Below, one piece after another: positions 44,586-56,071 of a DNA stretch of 64,000 bases. Position numbers and translations under genes: made by a program. The stretch is from Lytechinus pictus (lineage: Eukaryota), in the NCBI RefSeq assembly GCF_037042905.1, contig NC_087250.1, forward strand, positions 9,240,001 through 9,304,000. The letters are read 5' to 3'. Position 1 is the first letter of the stretch; each line of letters opens with the position of its first letter. The notes under the pieces are model-generated. The model saw only the letters and a list, made by a program, of their open reading frames with translations, was not told where the DNA came from and did not search any database.

Positions 44586-45480
44586 GTATAAGAATTGAAA
44601 AGGTAATTACATTCATTTATTTAGTTGTATCCTCTTTAAGGATATTCATAACATATAATGATTAAGAATATTCCAGAATGTCTCAGTAAAGCTTTATCAG
44701 GAATGCCTATTCAATGAGAAATAGAGCAATTTTTGTTATTTCTGGAATGCACAAAGAGAGGCAATAATAGATTGCAACACAATACAGATTCCTAGAGGTA
44801 GTGGAAATGGACAATAGGATTTGCTCTGTTGTTTACATTGTTAATTTCAATGAGGTCATCCAAGAGTCTTCTAGAAATGGACTATTCTAGAAAGAAGGAT
44901 AATTTCCCTTAAAGATAACTAGTAGCTTCCAGAATAGTTGATAATTTGTATATAAGCTGGCAGTTTCTTCAAGGACATCATCACATCAGATCAGAACTCA
45001 GAGTTTCACGACGGACTTGATGTCAGAGCATAATTTATTACCAACTGAAATACAACATCTATCTTCTGTGGAATTATTTGCACGCCATCAATGAACTGCT
45101 TGCAGTTACTTTGAGAGAGGAATTCTCAGTTCTCATCGAGATCCTCAAGCTGTTTTAATTAACGCTTTTCAGCCTATGGATTATTAACATCGTCTTCACA
45201 GACATTTCAACTCGTTACAGTGTCTCTTGGTATTCATCGTGCTTCAACATCAATTTCATCATCGCCATCATCATGAACTTTAATTTAAGGAATCTTCGCC
45301 AACCGACTTGGATTTTATTTGGATTTAATACATAACTATCATAACCTTGAATTGCACATTAAATCTTCAAGACATGTTATATGTTTGTTTTTGTTTTGTT
45401 GATTGATCTATTTCCTGCAGTAAAAGAAAAGGAAATCAAATTCAAAACTAAATTTCCATTGTTATTTGTTGCAGTATATA
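44586..45480 (+). mobile_element. Possible second solo LTR
   Basis: Interrupts the LINE C-terminus; starts TGTATA, TATATAA at ~44949, AGTAAA at ~45419; 3' end and TSD unclear. Confidence 0.4.
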
Positions 45481-47472
45481 TATATTTTATGTAGGGGTCC
45501 CATTATGGAATAAGTTCCCTCAAAATATTAAACAGCGCAAATCTCTACAAAGCTGTATAAGACATTTCAAAATCCATTTTAATGCTAATAGTAATACTGA
45601 TATAGATTCAATTGTATACATGTAATGTTTGTTTGTTCTGTATATCCCGAATGTATTTGTTTATATTACATAGGTTATGTAGATTCGAATCAGCGATAGG
45701 TCAATACGCCATCACATGACCATAGCAGCGAGGATCGCATTTGTTATATCCAAGGTTTTTACGTCCCCTCAGGGAATATAACGTCACCTCAGGGAATATA
45801 ACGTCACTCGCTGCTTACAAGTTGCGTAATCAGGTAGTTTATTTGATGTACGCGCTAGTGTTAACGCGTCGATTGCATGAAGAACGCGCTTGATGTATTT
45901 TCCAAAAAAAAATCCATTATGACGTAGATGGATCAGAGCTGTAGCAAGAATTTCGGGTTGGAGCCAGATAATAAATGCAATCTCTGATGGCGAATCCACA
46001 TAGACTATATAATATAACAGATATTGCCTGGTCTATCTTTTTAATAAATAACATTTCAACTCCCCTCCGAAGCTATATTTTTAAAATATAACTCCGTCGG
46101 GGAAAGGAAATGTTACATTCAAACTCTAGGTAGGCAACATCTGTATAATATTGTGCTGTTTTGTGTAAATTTCAAGATCATTTATCTGTAAGTTCTTTGT
46201 AACTTTTCTTTGATCCTCCCTCTATTCGTAAATATTCTCACTTGTGTCATAATGTATTTTATTTGAAATATTCATATTTCTGAATTGTGTTAGTTTTTAT
46301 GAAGATTGTGGTAAATAAAGTTTCCATTTCAATGTCTAGTAGTACTAATATCACTCTAAAAACGAAAAAACTAATGGCACTTTTCTAATTCAAATTTCGA
46401 ATTACCTGTAGGCCTACTGAATTAGCACTCCGAGGTGCAGTCATTATACATCCTCCTTAGAAGCTGAATTAGGTCTTTATTTTTGGAGTGTAGGTTTATA
46501 TACTACTACTATTAGGCTTAGTACTATGACTACTACTATTAATACTACTACTACAACTAAAACTACTATACTACTACTACTACTTCTACTACTACATATA
46601 CTATGACTAACTACTGCTAAAACTACAATACTACTACTACTACTACTACTAATACTATACTACTACTACTACTAAAACGACTGGTACTACGACTTGCGAT
46701 TAATGATATAGATGTTAATAATGAAAAATTATACTAGGGCCTACTAATAATGATTACAACTATGATATCTGCACTCATTGGATACAGCAATTTTCTATGT
46801 ACTATGTCCACCGCCAATTGGAAGGATCCTCGTTTGACCAATAATGCAAGTCACACCGATCGTATCGAATTCATACCGATCAAAGCAATTACGTAATTTC
46901 CAGTGACATAATGTCGTTCGGTTTGGAGTCGGTTTCGTTGGTGTGACTATTAAGCCAATGCATACAGTTTCAATTGCTGGCGTACAGCTGGCCCACCGCC
47001 TTAAAAAAGGATAAATGAATAAATAACAAGAGAGGGGAAAATAGAAAAAAAATAACGAATGAAACAAACATTAAAAACGACAGAAAATTGAACTTAAATA
47101 TCATAAAGAAGGAAACATAATGAAAAGAAATGAATAAAATACAATAAGGAGATCAATAAATAAAAATCACGACCAAGAAAATAAGGAAAAGTAAGAAAAG
47201 GATAGGAAACGGAATAAAATTTTACATTAGCTTCTGAATTTTACGTCAGAATCTATCACAAAATTAGAATTTCGCTCGCAGATTTTCATAAATTTTGCCC
47301 TACATGCCATGTCTGACCCCCCCCCCCTCTAAAAATGATTCAACATCTCATATACATGTAAGATAAACAGAATTATTAGTAGTAAAACATCATCATTATC
47401 ACGATTATTGCTATCATCAAAGTTGTAGTGATTTTTGTTGTTGTATTTACTATTATTATTTTGCATTTGCAG

Positions 47473-47598
47473 TATTACGTAATCCCTAATTGTGTCTCGG
47501 CTTTTTTGAGTTTCATCGGTTTCTTCACTGCCCTGGCCGGGTCTATCTACTGCTGCCAAGGCATGTCCTCCCCCGATAACAGAAGAACCTCTCAATTG
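47473..47598 (+). CDS. MS4A/CD20-like protein, coding exon 5 (TM4 followed by SIYCC)
   Basis: ttttgcatttgcag| acceptor, TTG|gtgagt donor, 126 nt, YYVIPNCVSAFLSFIGFFTALAGSIYCCQGMSSPDNRRTSQL; juxtamembrane Cys after TM4 as in MS4A proteins. Confidence 0.9.
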
Positions 47599-47629
47599 GT
47601 GAGTCGTGCCTATACATTGGCGAATGGTA

Positions 47630-47858
47630 CACTGCAAAAACTCCGGTGTTGATTTAACACCAGACCGGAATCTACATTCACACCAGAGAAGTATTGGAAT
47701 TAAACCGATGCTGTTTTGATACTAATTGGTGTTGTATAAACATCTATCTGGTGCTAGACCAAAACCAAACTGATATTGTTTAACACTTCTCTGGTGTCAT
47801 GGGTGTGGACATATAGATCCCAGTCTGGTGTTAAATCAACACCGGAGTTTTTGCAGTG
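47630..47858. mobile_element. CACTG-ended MITE, same family as 35473-35714
   Basis: Same TIRs and TA flanks; starts 31 bp after the end of exon 5. Confidence 0.9.
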
Positions 47859-48654
47859 TATACATCCATTTCGTTTACTTTCCGTTAAGGGCAGGTCTTA
47901 AGGGTCCATCTCAAATTATCTCAGATTTAGATTTTTTTTTCATTTCTCATGAAATTATATACCAAGATATATATTTTACAAGTATAAATAATATAGTTTC
48001 GTCAAAATAATGACGCAATAATGATGACATATAGTATGTGTACAAAACATGAACATTGAAAGCAACCAGTGCAAGGTTTAATGAGAGCATGGAAGAAACG
48101 CAAGTAACACAAGTCCCTCATCTGGGTAGATACAACTCGTAATTTTTCAAACGAAAAGGGAATGACGCAACAATTACATTCAATAAAAAGAATATATCAT
48201 AATGATGGCAATCTGTATAGAACAGACAAGGATAATAGTAATGCAAAGAAACTTCATCCCCCCAAAATCAAAACGCAAAAAGGAAAGATACTTAGATTAA
48301 TCTAGTTCGTTTACTGGTAGTGCGGCTAATCATAAATTTGGTTTAAAGGGGCAGTTCACCCTGACGAAAAGTTTAACGTAAAATATCAGAAAATATCATA
48401 TTCCTTCGGTATACGAAATGACAATTTATTTTACACCGGCTCCTTGAAGATAAAATTATAGTCATGAACCATAAAAAAATGAAAGGTATGCTTTTTATAT
48501 TGCATAACATATGGGGCAGCTGCCCAAAAAACAAATCTAAATATTAAAATTATAATAACATTTTTAATCTCCGATGGGTTTTTCCTAATTCTTCATAGAC
48601 CAGGAAAAAGGGTTTGACCTCAAATAAATTGCAATAATTTTTTTTTTCGCCGTA

Positions 48655-49540
48655 ATGCATTTCCATAAAGTCTCCAAAATTACACACTAAAAGTGCAGAG
48701 TAATCCGATTGGTAGAAAGATGTCTAATTTGCATAACTAAAATATCGCTGCCATCGTGAGATCAGTACAAATACTGATCTGACCATAACACTTTCAAAAG
48801 GTGTGATTAAAACATTAAACTTTCACCAGTGTTCTATCTTAACATGAGCTTCATTTTTGAAATTAGAAGGTAAGTCAGATTTGACCTCTGCTGACCCCGA
48901 GAGGTCAACGACCTCGAATCTCAGAAAATTGATGTTTTTCGTCATATGATAATAACAGGGCCCGCTGGGAGAACAGTTTTCGGAACTGAAGTGGCTACCT
49001 TACGTAATTATTCCTTTATTATTAGTATTACTTCATGATAAATGCAGTTATAATGCAAAAAATGGTATTTGATATTGATTTTCAAGGTATATAGGGAATG
49101 TTGTGTATTATAAAATTTGACCTTTGTCCCTGGAGAGATGGCAAAGGTCTATGACTTTAACATTTTAGAACACTAACCATCACTGTTTTTTTTTATAAAC
49201 TGGCCTCTCGTGAACAAATCGCAATACAATTTATTTCACCGCATGGCATTTTCATAAAGTCCCCAAAGTCCAGAAATATACAAGTTGCGGGAAGGCGTCT
49301 AATTAGCATAATCCAAGAATGGCTGCCATCTGAGAATTGTTTCATGATCGTAATAATACAAAAAACACAAATACTGGTGTGATCATAACACTATTACAAA
49401 ATTATGATAAAACATGAAACTTTCACCAGTGTTATATCTTACCACATGGGCTTCATTTTAACGTTGAGATGTAAGTCAGATTTGACCTCTGCTTACATTT
49501 AGAGGTCAATGACCTTATCGTCAACGAACCTCAAAATATC
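48655..49540. repeat. Diverged direct repeat (~280 bp blocks about 590 bp apart), probably a transposon arm
   Basis: aaactttcaccagtgtt...gtaagtcagatttgacctctgct...agaggtcaa occurs at ~48820-48910 and ~49417-49510. Confidence 0.6.
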
Positions 49541-49766
49541 AAAAACTTTATGTTCTCCATCATTAGTTCATGATATAACAATGCAAATAAAAAGGTGGGT
49601 TATTTGATCCTGAAGATTAACTTTGAGTGTACCATCAAATTTAATGATAACTTTTCATGATTTTTTAACATCAGGTAAAAGAAAGAGGAGAAACAGTGTA
49701 AAATGTTATTACTTAGTAATTATTAACTTGAGATTTTCTTCTCTATCTTTCTTTTTATGTTTACAG

Positions 49767-49808
49767 TTAGTTGCAGCTCCCCATCAGCCACAGATTATCA
49801 ACTATTAG
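49767..49808 (+). CDS. MS4A/CD20-like protein, terminal coding exon (LVAAPHQPQIINY*)
   Basis: Long pyrimidine tract and tttacag| acceptor, phase 0, TAG at 49806-49808. Confidence 0.72.
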   Translation, partial: LVAAPHQPQIINY

Positions 49809-51218
49809 TATACAGGATGGACCAATTCAGTGGCGTATCCATGGGGGGGGGGGGCTTAGAGGCAGTTGCTTCCCCCCCCCCCCCCCCAACAAAAAGGAAA
49901 TAAATACATTAAATAAAATAAGATAAATAAATAAAAAAGAAAACAAAGGAAAGAGAGAAGAGTGAAATATGATAATACTTTTGGAATATTATGTCAAAAT
50001 CTTTCACAAAATTTGATATTTGTAATAAAATTGTAAAAGCCCAATACACAATATCTAGCCCGTTCAAAATGTTTGTCACATTACGCCACTTGATCAATTA
50101 ACCATAATATCGATGATACATTATCAATATTCTCAATTAATAATCAAATCCATTCCCATGAAACTGACTCTGCAATTTATTTCATTTTTGGAAAGTGAAA
50201 ACCTTTCGTAAGAAATACCCGCGTGCCAATAATTTTGAACAAAATCCAACTCGGCTTCTAAAAAATAGGCAAAGCTTTATTCGTATTCAAACTGTAAATG
50301 ATAATTCAACCACCCGTCTATTTTTAACTTCATTGTTTCTTTCCTCTTATCTAATCTCTTTAATTTTTGGTGTATAATCTGTGCTACGATACAAGAAGAA
50401 CCGCAACAACTTTTATTTAGTAAATTGAGTTATTTCCTTTTTCATTGCAAGGATTAGAGCAAAACAAAAATAACAAATTATATTTCATAATAAAAAGTCA
50501 GTCCTTACTAAGTCCAAATAATGATCAAAATTGGAGGGCAAAAAATCCTTACGTTAACGTGATGTTGTAAATTGATTGATGATTACAGTCACTGTAGTGA
50601 GTTAAAATGTCCGTGAATACAAAGTTGATGATGATGAACTTTAGATTTGAGCAATCCATGGGTTGAGCAATGTTCTCTAGAACAGGTTGATGATCTTGAT
50701 GGGAACTGATCATTGGCGACGGAAGCCAAAAAAATTAGGGGGGGGGGGCCCACCTGAAACGTTTCGATGGACACGGAAAAAATTTGACAAGCCCCCCCCC
50801 AAAAAAAAAAAAAAATTATCAACCTAAATTTAAGGAGGGGATCGTAAAAATTTTTGACAAGCAAAAAAAAAAAAAAAAAAAAAAAGGTCATCAACCGAAA
50901 TGTTAGGGGGGGGACCGTCACCCCCGCTTCCGCCGCCTATGGAACTGATAACCCCTCCTCTCTCAAAATAATTGCAAACAGTTCATTGATTGATGATATT
51001 CAAATAATTTCACAGAAGTTAAAGTTGTATTCCACATAGAGGCAAACTATGCACTGACATAAAGTTTTGCTTCAAACTCTGAGTTCTGATATCCTTTGGG
51101 AACTGCCAGCCTTTTTAAATATAAATTTATAATATACTTGAAGCTTCCAGTATTGTCTTAAAAAAACATTCTGCTTCTTTCTTGAACAGTTCGATTTTAC
51201 ATGTGACCTCAATAAAAG

Positions 51219-51405
51219 TAATACCTCGGTCACATTTTTTTGTTCTACGGCGGTCGTAAGGCGAGTCGAAAACACCCGTTTTAACATTTTTTGTACCAGC
51301 TGAATATAGGTCACGTATATGTAGGTGGTTTGAATTAAAATGAATAAAACGGCTGTTTTCGACTCGCCGTACAGCCGCCGTAGGGCAAGTGTGACCGAGG
51401 TATTA
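51219..51405. mobile_element. ~185 bp palindromic MITE
   Basis: taatacctcggtcaca...ggcgagtcgaaaaca / tgttttcgactcgcc...tgtgaccgaggtatta. Confidence 0.8.
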
Positions 51406-52264
51406 CAATGTTAACAACATACCCAATTTTATTGTCCTTTTTGAAAATGGGATATTAATCTATCCATCGATGTGACTTGCCACCACGAAACCAACGATAA
51501 GTCGCCAGGAAATATTCCAAAAATAAGTTGGTCTTTCAAGAAAAAAATATGTATAGAACATTAATTTGTATGAAATAATAACATTTTCAAACCTTTAAAC
51601 TATGCAGTTTTTAAGTTAACTAAAACATGAGATAAAATAGTTTTCATGACACCTCTTTTTCCAGCTTGCTGGAAAGTTTCGACATTGCATGCTCTCCCAT
51701 TCTTTTTTGAAGCTCTTTCTTAATTGATTTATTAAAACTTGTTATTGGTAATTGCCGATAACACTTGCATAAGTTATTAAAAGTTTATGATGTGCCTTTT
51801 CAAGCTCAATGCAATTTTCAAAACTCATTTTTGGGCGACGTATTGATGGTTTGGGGAGTTCACTACACATGAAAACTGTTGTCTTTTTAGCCATGTTCAA
51901 TAAGCAAATATAAGTAAATATGTGATATGAATACAATCAAACAAGCATAACACTGGAAATGTGATAATGTGTCATCATTGTTACACGAGTTTTGCAAAGT
52001 TTCCCCCATAAGCATTCATACGCATAATTTAGCGTGTTAGCACGGTCCGGATAACTGGATAATGATACACACGCTCACCATTATATATATATTTTCATTT
52101 ATTTTCTGTAAGGTTTATTATACTTAAACCCCCCAAAAAGTTGTGGCGATTCACGAGTAATATTATTGCATGTACTTAAGTTTATAAGCTATTGAACAAA
52201 AGAAATGGTCATCTGCAAATAAAGCAAATGATAAGGCATGTGGAGTAGTCAAGTCGTGAATATG

Positions 52265-53083
52265 CAGTGCGTCCCAGAAAAAACGAAACCGAGATTTAGC
52301 GATGATTTATCATAACTTAACCATAAATAAAATAGACAAATGACTATACCATTGTAAAGCTTAGAATCTCCCCTTTCATCTGATATTACTTAGATTATTC
52401 CTCATTCACGCATGAGTGAGCAAAACAATTTGAAGAAAGGATGCCAAAAACTTATTTGGCGGGGGTATCTGAATTTCAAAAAGAAAATCACATGAATAAA
52501 AAGTTCAATATCTGCTCTTTTGTTTGATACCTTAATCACAGAAAATGGTCAAGAAGTAAACAAGTTATGATCCCTCGAAACAATGCTTGTATTTCCATAA
52601 TTTCATTAAATAAACGTGTTTTCACCGGTTTCCCACAGAAGCAATCGGACGGTAACAAAAGACTTAATGCATGGCTGTTCGTCAACAAAACGGAGTGTCG
52701 AGTGAGTTTAAACGCTAGCCTGTAAAACCTCTTCATTTTATTAAATTATTGAAATTCAAGCCTTATTTCAAATAACCAGAACTTTGTTATTTTTTGACCA
52801 TTTTCTGTAATTAAGGTATCAAATTAAAGAGCAGATATTGAACCTTTTAAAAAATGTGGTTTTCTTTTTAAAACCCAGATACGGCCCACCAAGTGACTTT
52901 TTGGTATCCCCTTTTCAAATTGTTTTTGCTCACTCATGCGTGAATGAGAAACAATCTCAGTAATTTCAGATGAAAGAGGAGATTCTAAGCTTTAAAATGG
53001 TAGGTCATTTGTCTATTGTATTTGTGATTAAGTAATGATAAATCATCGATAAATCTCGGTTTCGTTTTTTGTGGGACGCACTG
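52265..53083. mobile_element. Tc1/mariner-type non-autonomous element with ~300 bp TIRs
   Basis: CAGTGCGTCCCA...TGGGACGCACTG|TA; long inverted arms. Confidence 0.85.
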
Positions 53084-54035
53084 TATATTATGAAGAAAAA
53101 AAACACTAGGATCGATCCTTGTGGAACTCTGTTGTATTTTATTGAATGGAAATTCAAACATATCATGCTATATTTGAAGAGTTTAGTTGCAAAAGGGGTT
53201 AGTACCACTTTGGACCATTCCGAGAAAAACCATGTTTTTTATTCTCACTAATTGCAATATTCTTATGAAAAACTAAATTGTCATGATGTACGACCCTATC
53301 ATGTGAACATAAAATTGGGTATAAAAGAAATCTAGGCTATCTGTCTTCATTTTTTTCTATATACTAACAAAAATATATAATATAACCCCTTTTGCAAGTA
53401 AAATGAAATGAATCCAATCTCTTTTGATTAAAAAAGTAATTTTTCTTTGCCACTTTCATTCACGTTTTCATTTGAATTTCAAATTTTCTTTGGTATCATC
53501 AGAGTGACTAAAAATTTAGGGATTTAGAGACAAAAAACAGTAAAATTTATGAAAAATTGACCTACCGGTATACCCTTTTAACAAATGAGTTCTTCAGAAG
53601 AGTTTGGTTGCAAAAGGGGTTAGGTCCGCTCCAAGAAAATCGTTTTTTTAATTCTCCCATATTGCAATATTATATATTATATTATATTGTTTCTTATCAG
53701 AATATTAACTTTGTGTTTTATTTTGCTGATTGTATATAATTTACCTGATTGCTAAAACCTTGATAGAATTAATTGTTAATGATCAGGTGTCAGGATTAGA
53801 CTTTTGTACGTATCGTATTTTCATTAAATGAGGGAATAAATATGAGACTGGGATTTGACGAAAGTGGTTTTATTTGACTTGGGTTTCCACTCCGCCACAG
53901 CGGTCCCACGTCGCCAGTTTAAGGCCGGTCCCACTGGCGGGAGGATTACCTGTGTATGATTTGCGTCTACAAATTTCGGGCGTTTTTTAAACCTTGAGGC
54001 ACCCTACTCTTCCCCTCCTTGAATGCACCCCCCCC

Positions 54036-54315
54036 CCGCATCCTTTGGCAAGGCGTCAATCCACAATTTGCCACTCTCCACCCAGGTGTTAAATGGGTAC
54101 CCGGTAGGATGCGAAAGCCTATGTAGTATGCCTAGCAATTTAGTCTTGAACTCTTGTCGGAATGCTCCCCAGGGAGTGGAGAAGGTGCATACATTGTATG
54201 CGGGCATGCAAGGATCCGATGACCGGGATAATAATATATTTGTAAAGCGCTTAGAGACGTCGTTCCGATGTGTTAAGCGCTATATAGAGATATAAATGCG
54301 GATTGTTATTATTAT
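54036..54315 (+). mobile_element. 5'-truncated SINE (family of 20940-21273)
   Basis: Colinear core and tail. Confidence 0.8.
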
Positions 54316-54742
54316 TAAACAAAAAATAAAAAAGTAAATAAATCGATAAACAAAACTGGATAGAACAAATCGCAGCTCCTTGTTGGTGTTGTACTTGACC
54401 TGTCGGTATATGGCCCTATATAGGCCACTGTTAATTTGAATACTTTTCCTGTAGCTTCTAGGTCGTGTGTTCGGCTGCATATAACGAGCTCTATCTGTTT
54501 TTTTTTTTTTTTTTTTTTTTTTTTGGGGGGGGGGGGGGTATCGGTCTGTCGGGTAAGCCTGCTCAAGTAATTCAGGGTATTAATGGCAACCTTTGTTATT
54601 AAGTGTATGCACAGACGTCGGATAATGTACATGCCTAACATTTTCTCCTGGGGAGGGAGGCGGAGGGGGGGGGGTAGTGCATGGCTCAGCTACAGTCACA
54701 TCCCCTAAACTTTCTCAAGACAGACCCAACGCCATCTGGTAC

Positions 54743-54903
54743 GTGTTTCATAAAGCTGTACGTAAAGTTACGAACGCTTTACGCACGACTGGAACCTGTT
54801 CTTGGGTCATAACTCAATTAAATAGGGATATCAGATAGCACAAGAAAGGATCACCAGTCGTGCGTAAAGTCATTCGTATCTTATGAACAGCTTTATGAAA
54901 CAC
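54743..54903. mobile_element. ~160 bp palindromic MITE
   Basis: gtgtttcataaagctg...tttacgcacgactgg / ccagtcgtgcgtaaa...cagctttatgaaacac. Confidence 0.8.
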
Positions 54904-56071
54904 TCACCAGGTTATTTCCAATGACATACCATCGACCGATTTGGTTGCTGAGCTTGAGAAAGTTGGCATACATATAGTGAAACTTGCAAAATGTACAGAG
55001 TGCCCCGATTGACTCCCACAGCCAGCGGTAGGTTTTTTTTTCAAGCGAAGATCAGTACTGAACCGCAGAAACAATATTAGCGCCAACGAACGTAGAGGGC
55101 AGCAACACACGGCAGTGTTGGTATATTAGGAAAGTCCACTCCAATACGGTAGTCATGCCAACGAAACCATAAACCGATACAATACACTCACGGAGTGATA
55201 GCAAAGTAGAGGTGAACTAATAGATTATGACAATAGTAGATTCAAACAAAAACAAAAATATATAAACAATAGAATAACAATGTACCATATTTTAAAAATA
55301 GAACTATCACTAAACTATTGTCTTATTTTGTAAACCTTCAGTAAAACAGGATTAAATTCTGTCATAAAAGAGTTTGCTAATTTTACCCTGATTTAGCCAA
55401 GCTCATTTTGTGACCACCGAAATCCTCTCAGAGCACTTTTTTTTTGTAAATTGTAGAGTTGATTTATTTTTATTTCCTCCTTTTCACTATTTTTCACAGT
55501 TTTACATCAAATATCATGCTTAAAAATATGAAATTTGTGTTCCTGTATTTTTCCTAAAATATTACATGGTGGTGACAACGGTTTTATGACTTTGCATATC
55601 AATATCATAACAAGGATACGTGAGGTTGGTACGTCTTCATCTAAATTTCGCTGCACCACATTTAATGCGCGCCTACACAATTCAGCACCACCTCTTGAGG
55701 TAAAATTATGGAATAAAAATAGTAGATGTGACATAGACCTTCGCCCTTTGAATTAAGTTCTCAAGTTAAGACCCGTCGGAGTATACATAGCTCGATATAC
55801 TGAACCAGATAATTTATGTATAATATTAGGTCTAACGTTAGCTAGGACTTTACTTCGCTAGTTTAGTGGCCGTATTCGATCCTGCCTGATGGATTGCGAA
55901 ATCTGGGTTGGATTTGTGGATATAGCATAATTATTTCAGATTTTCAGACTACAATATACACTGTAAGTGAAAGTTAAAATTCTAACCTTGAATATTCATC
56001 GTTGCTCACCCATCATAGTGCCACATCAATGACAGACCAAGTCTATATCTTTCAAGTCCTCATCTTGCTAA

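Larger units (their letters stand above)
40125..45700 (+). mobile_element. Old, heavily decayed L2/Crack-like LINE (end of ORF1, endonuclease, part of RT, C-terminus) carrying at least four later insertions
   Basis: ORF1-like IQEDLT...NAWTYGGRIF; LHLNCRSL, FTETW, GDFN, IDNLFTN...SDHLP, AKVIPIHK...NYRPIS; C-terminal YVGVPLWN at ~45490. Confidence 0.8.
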
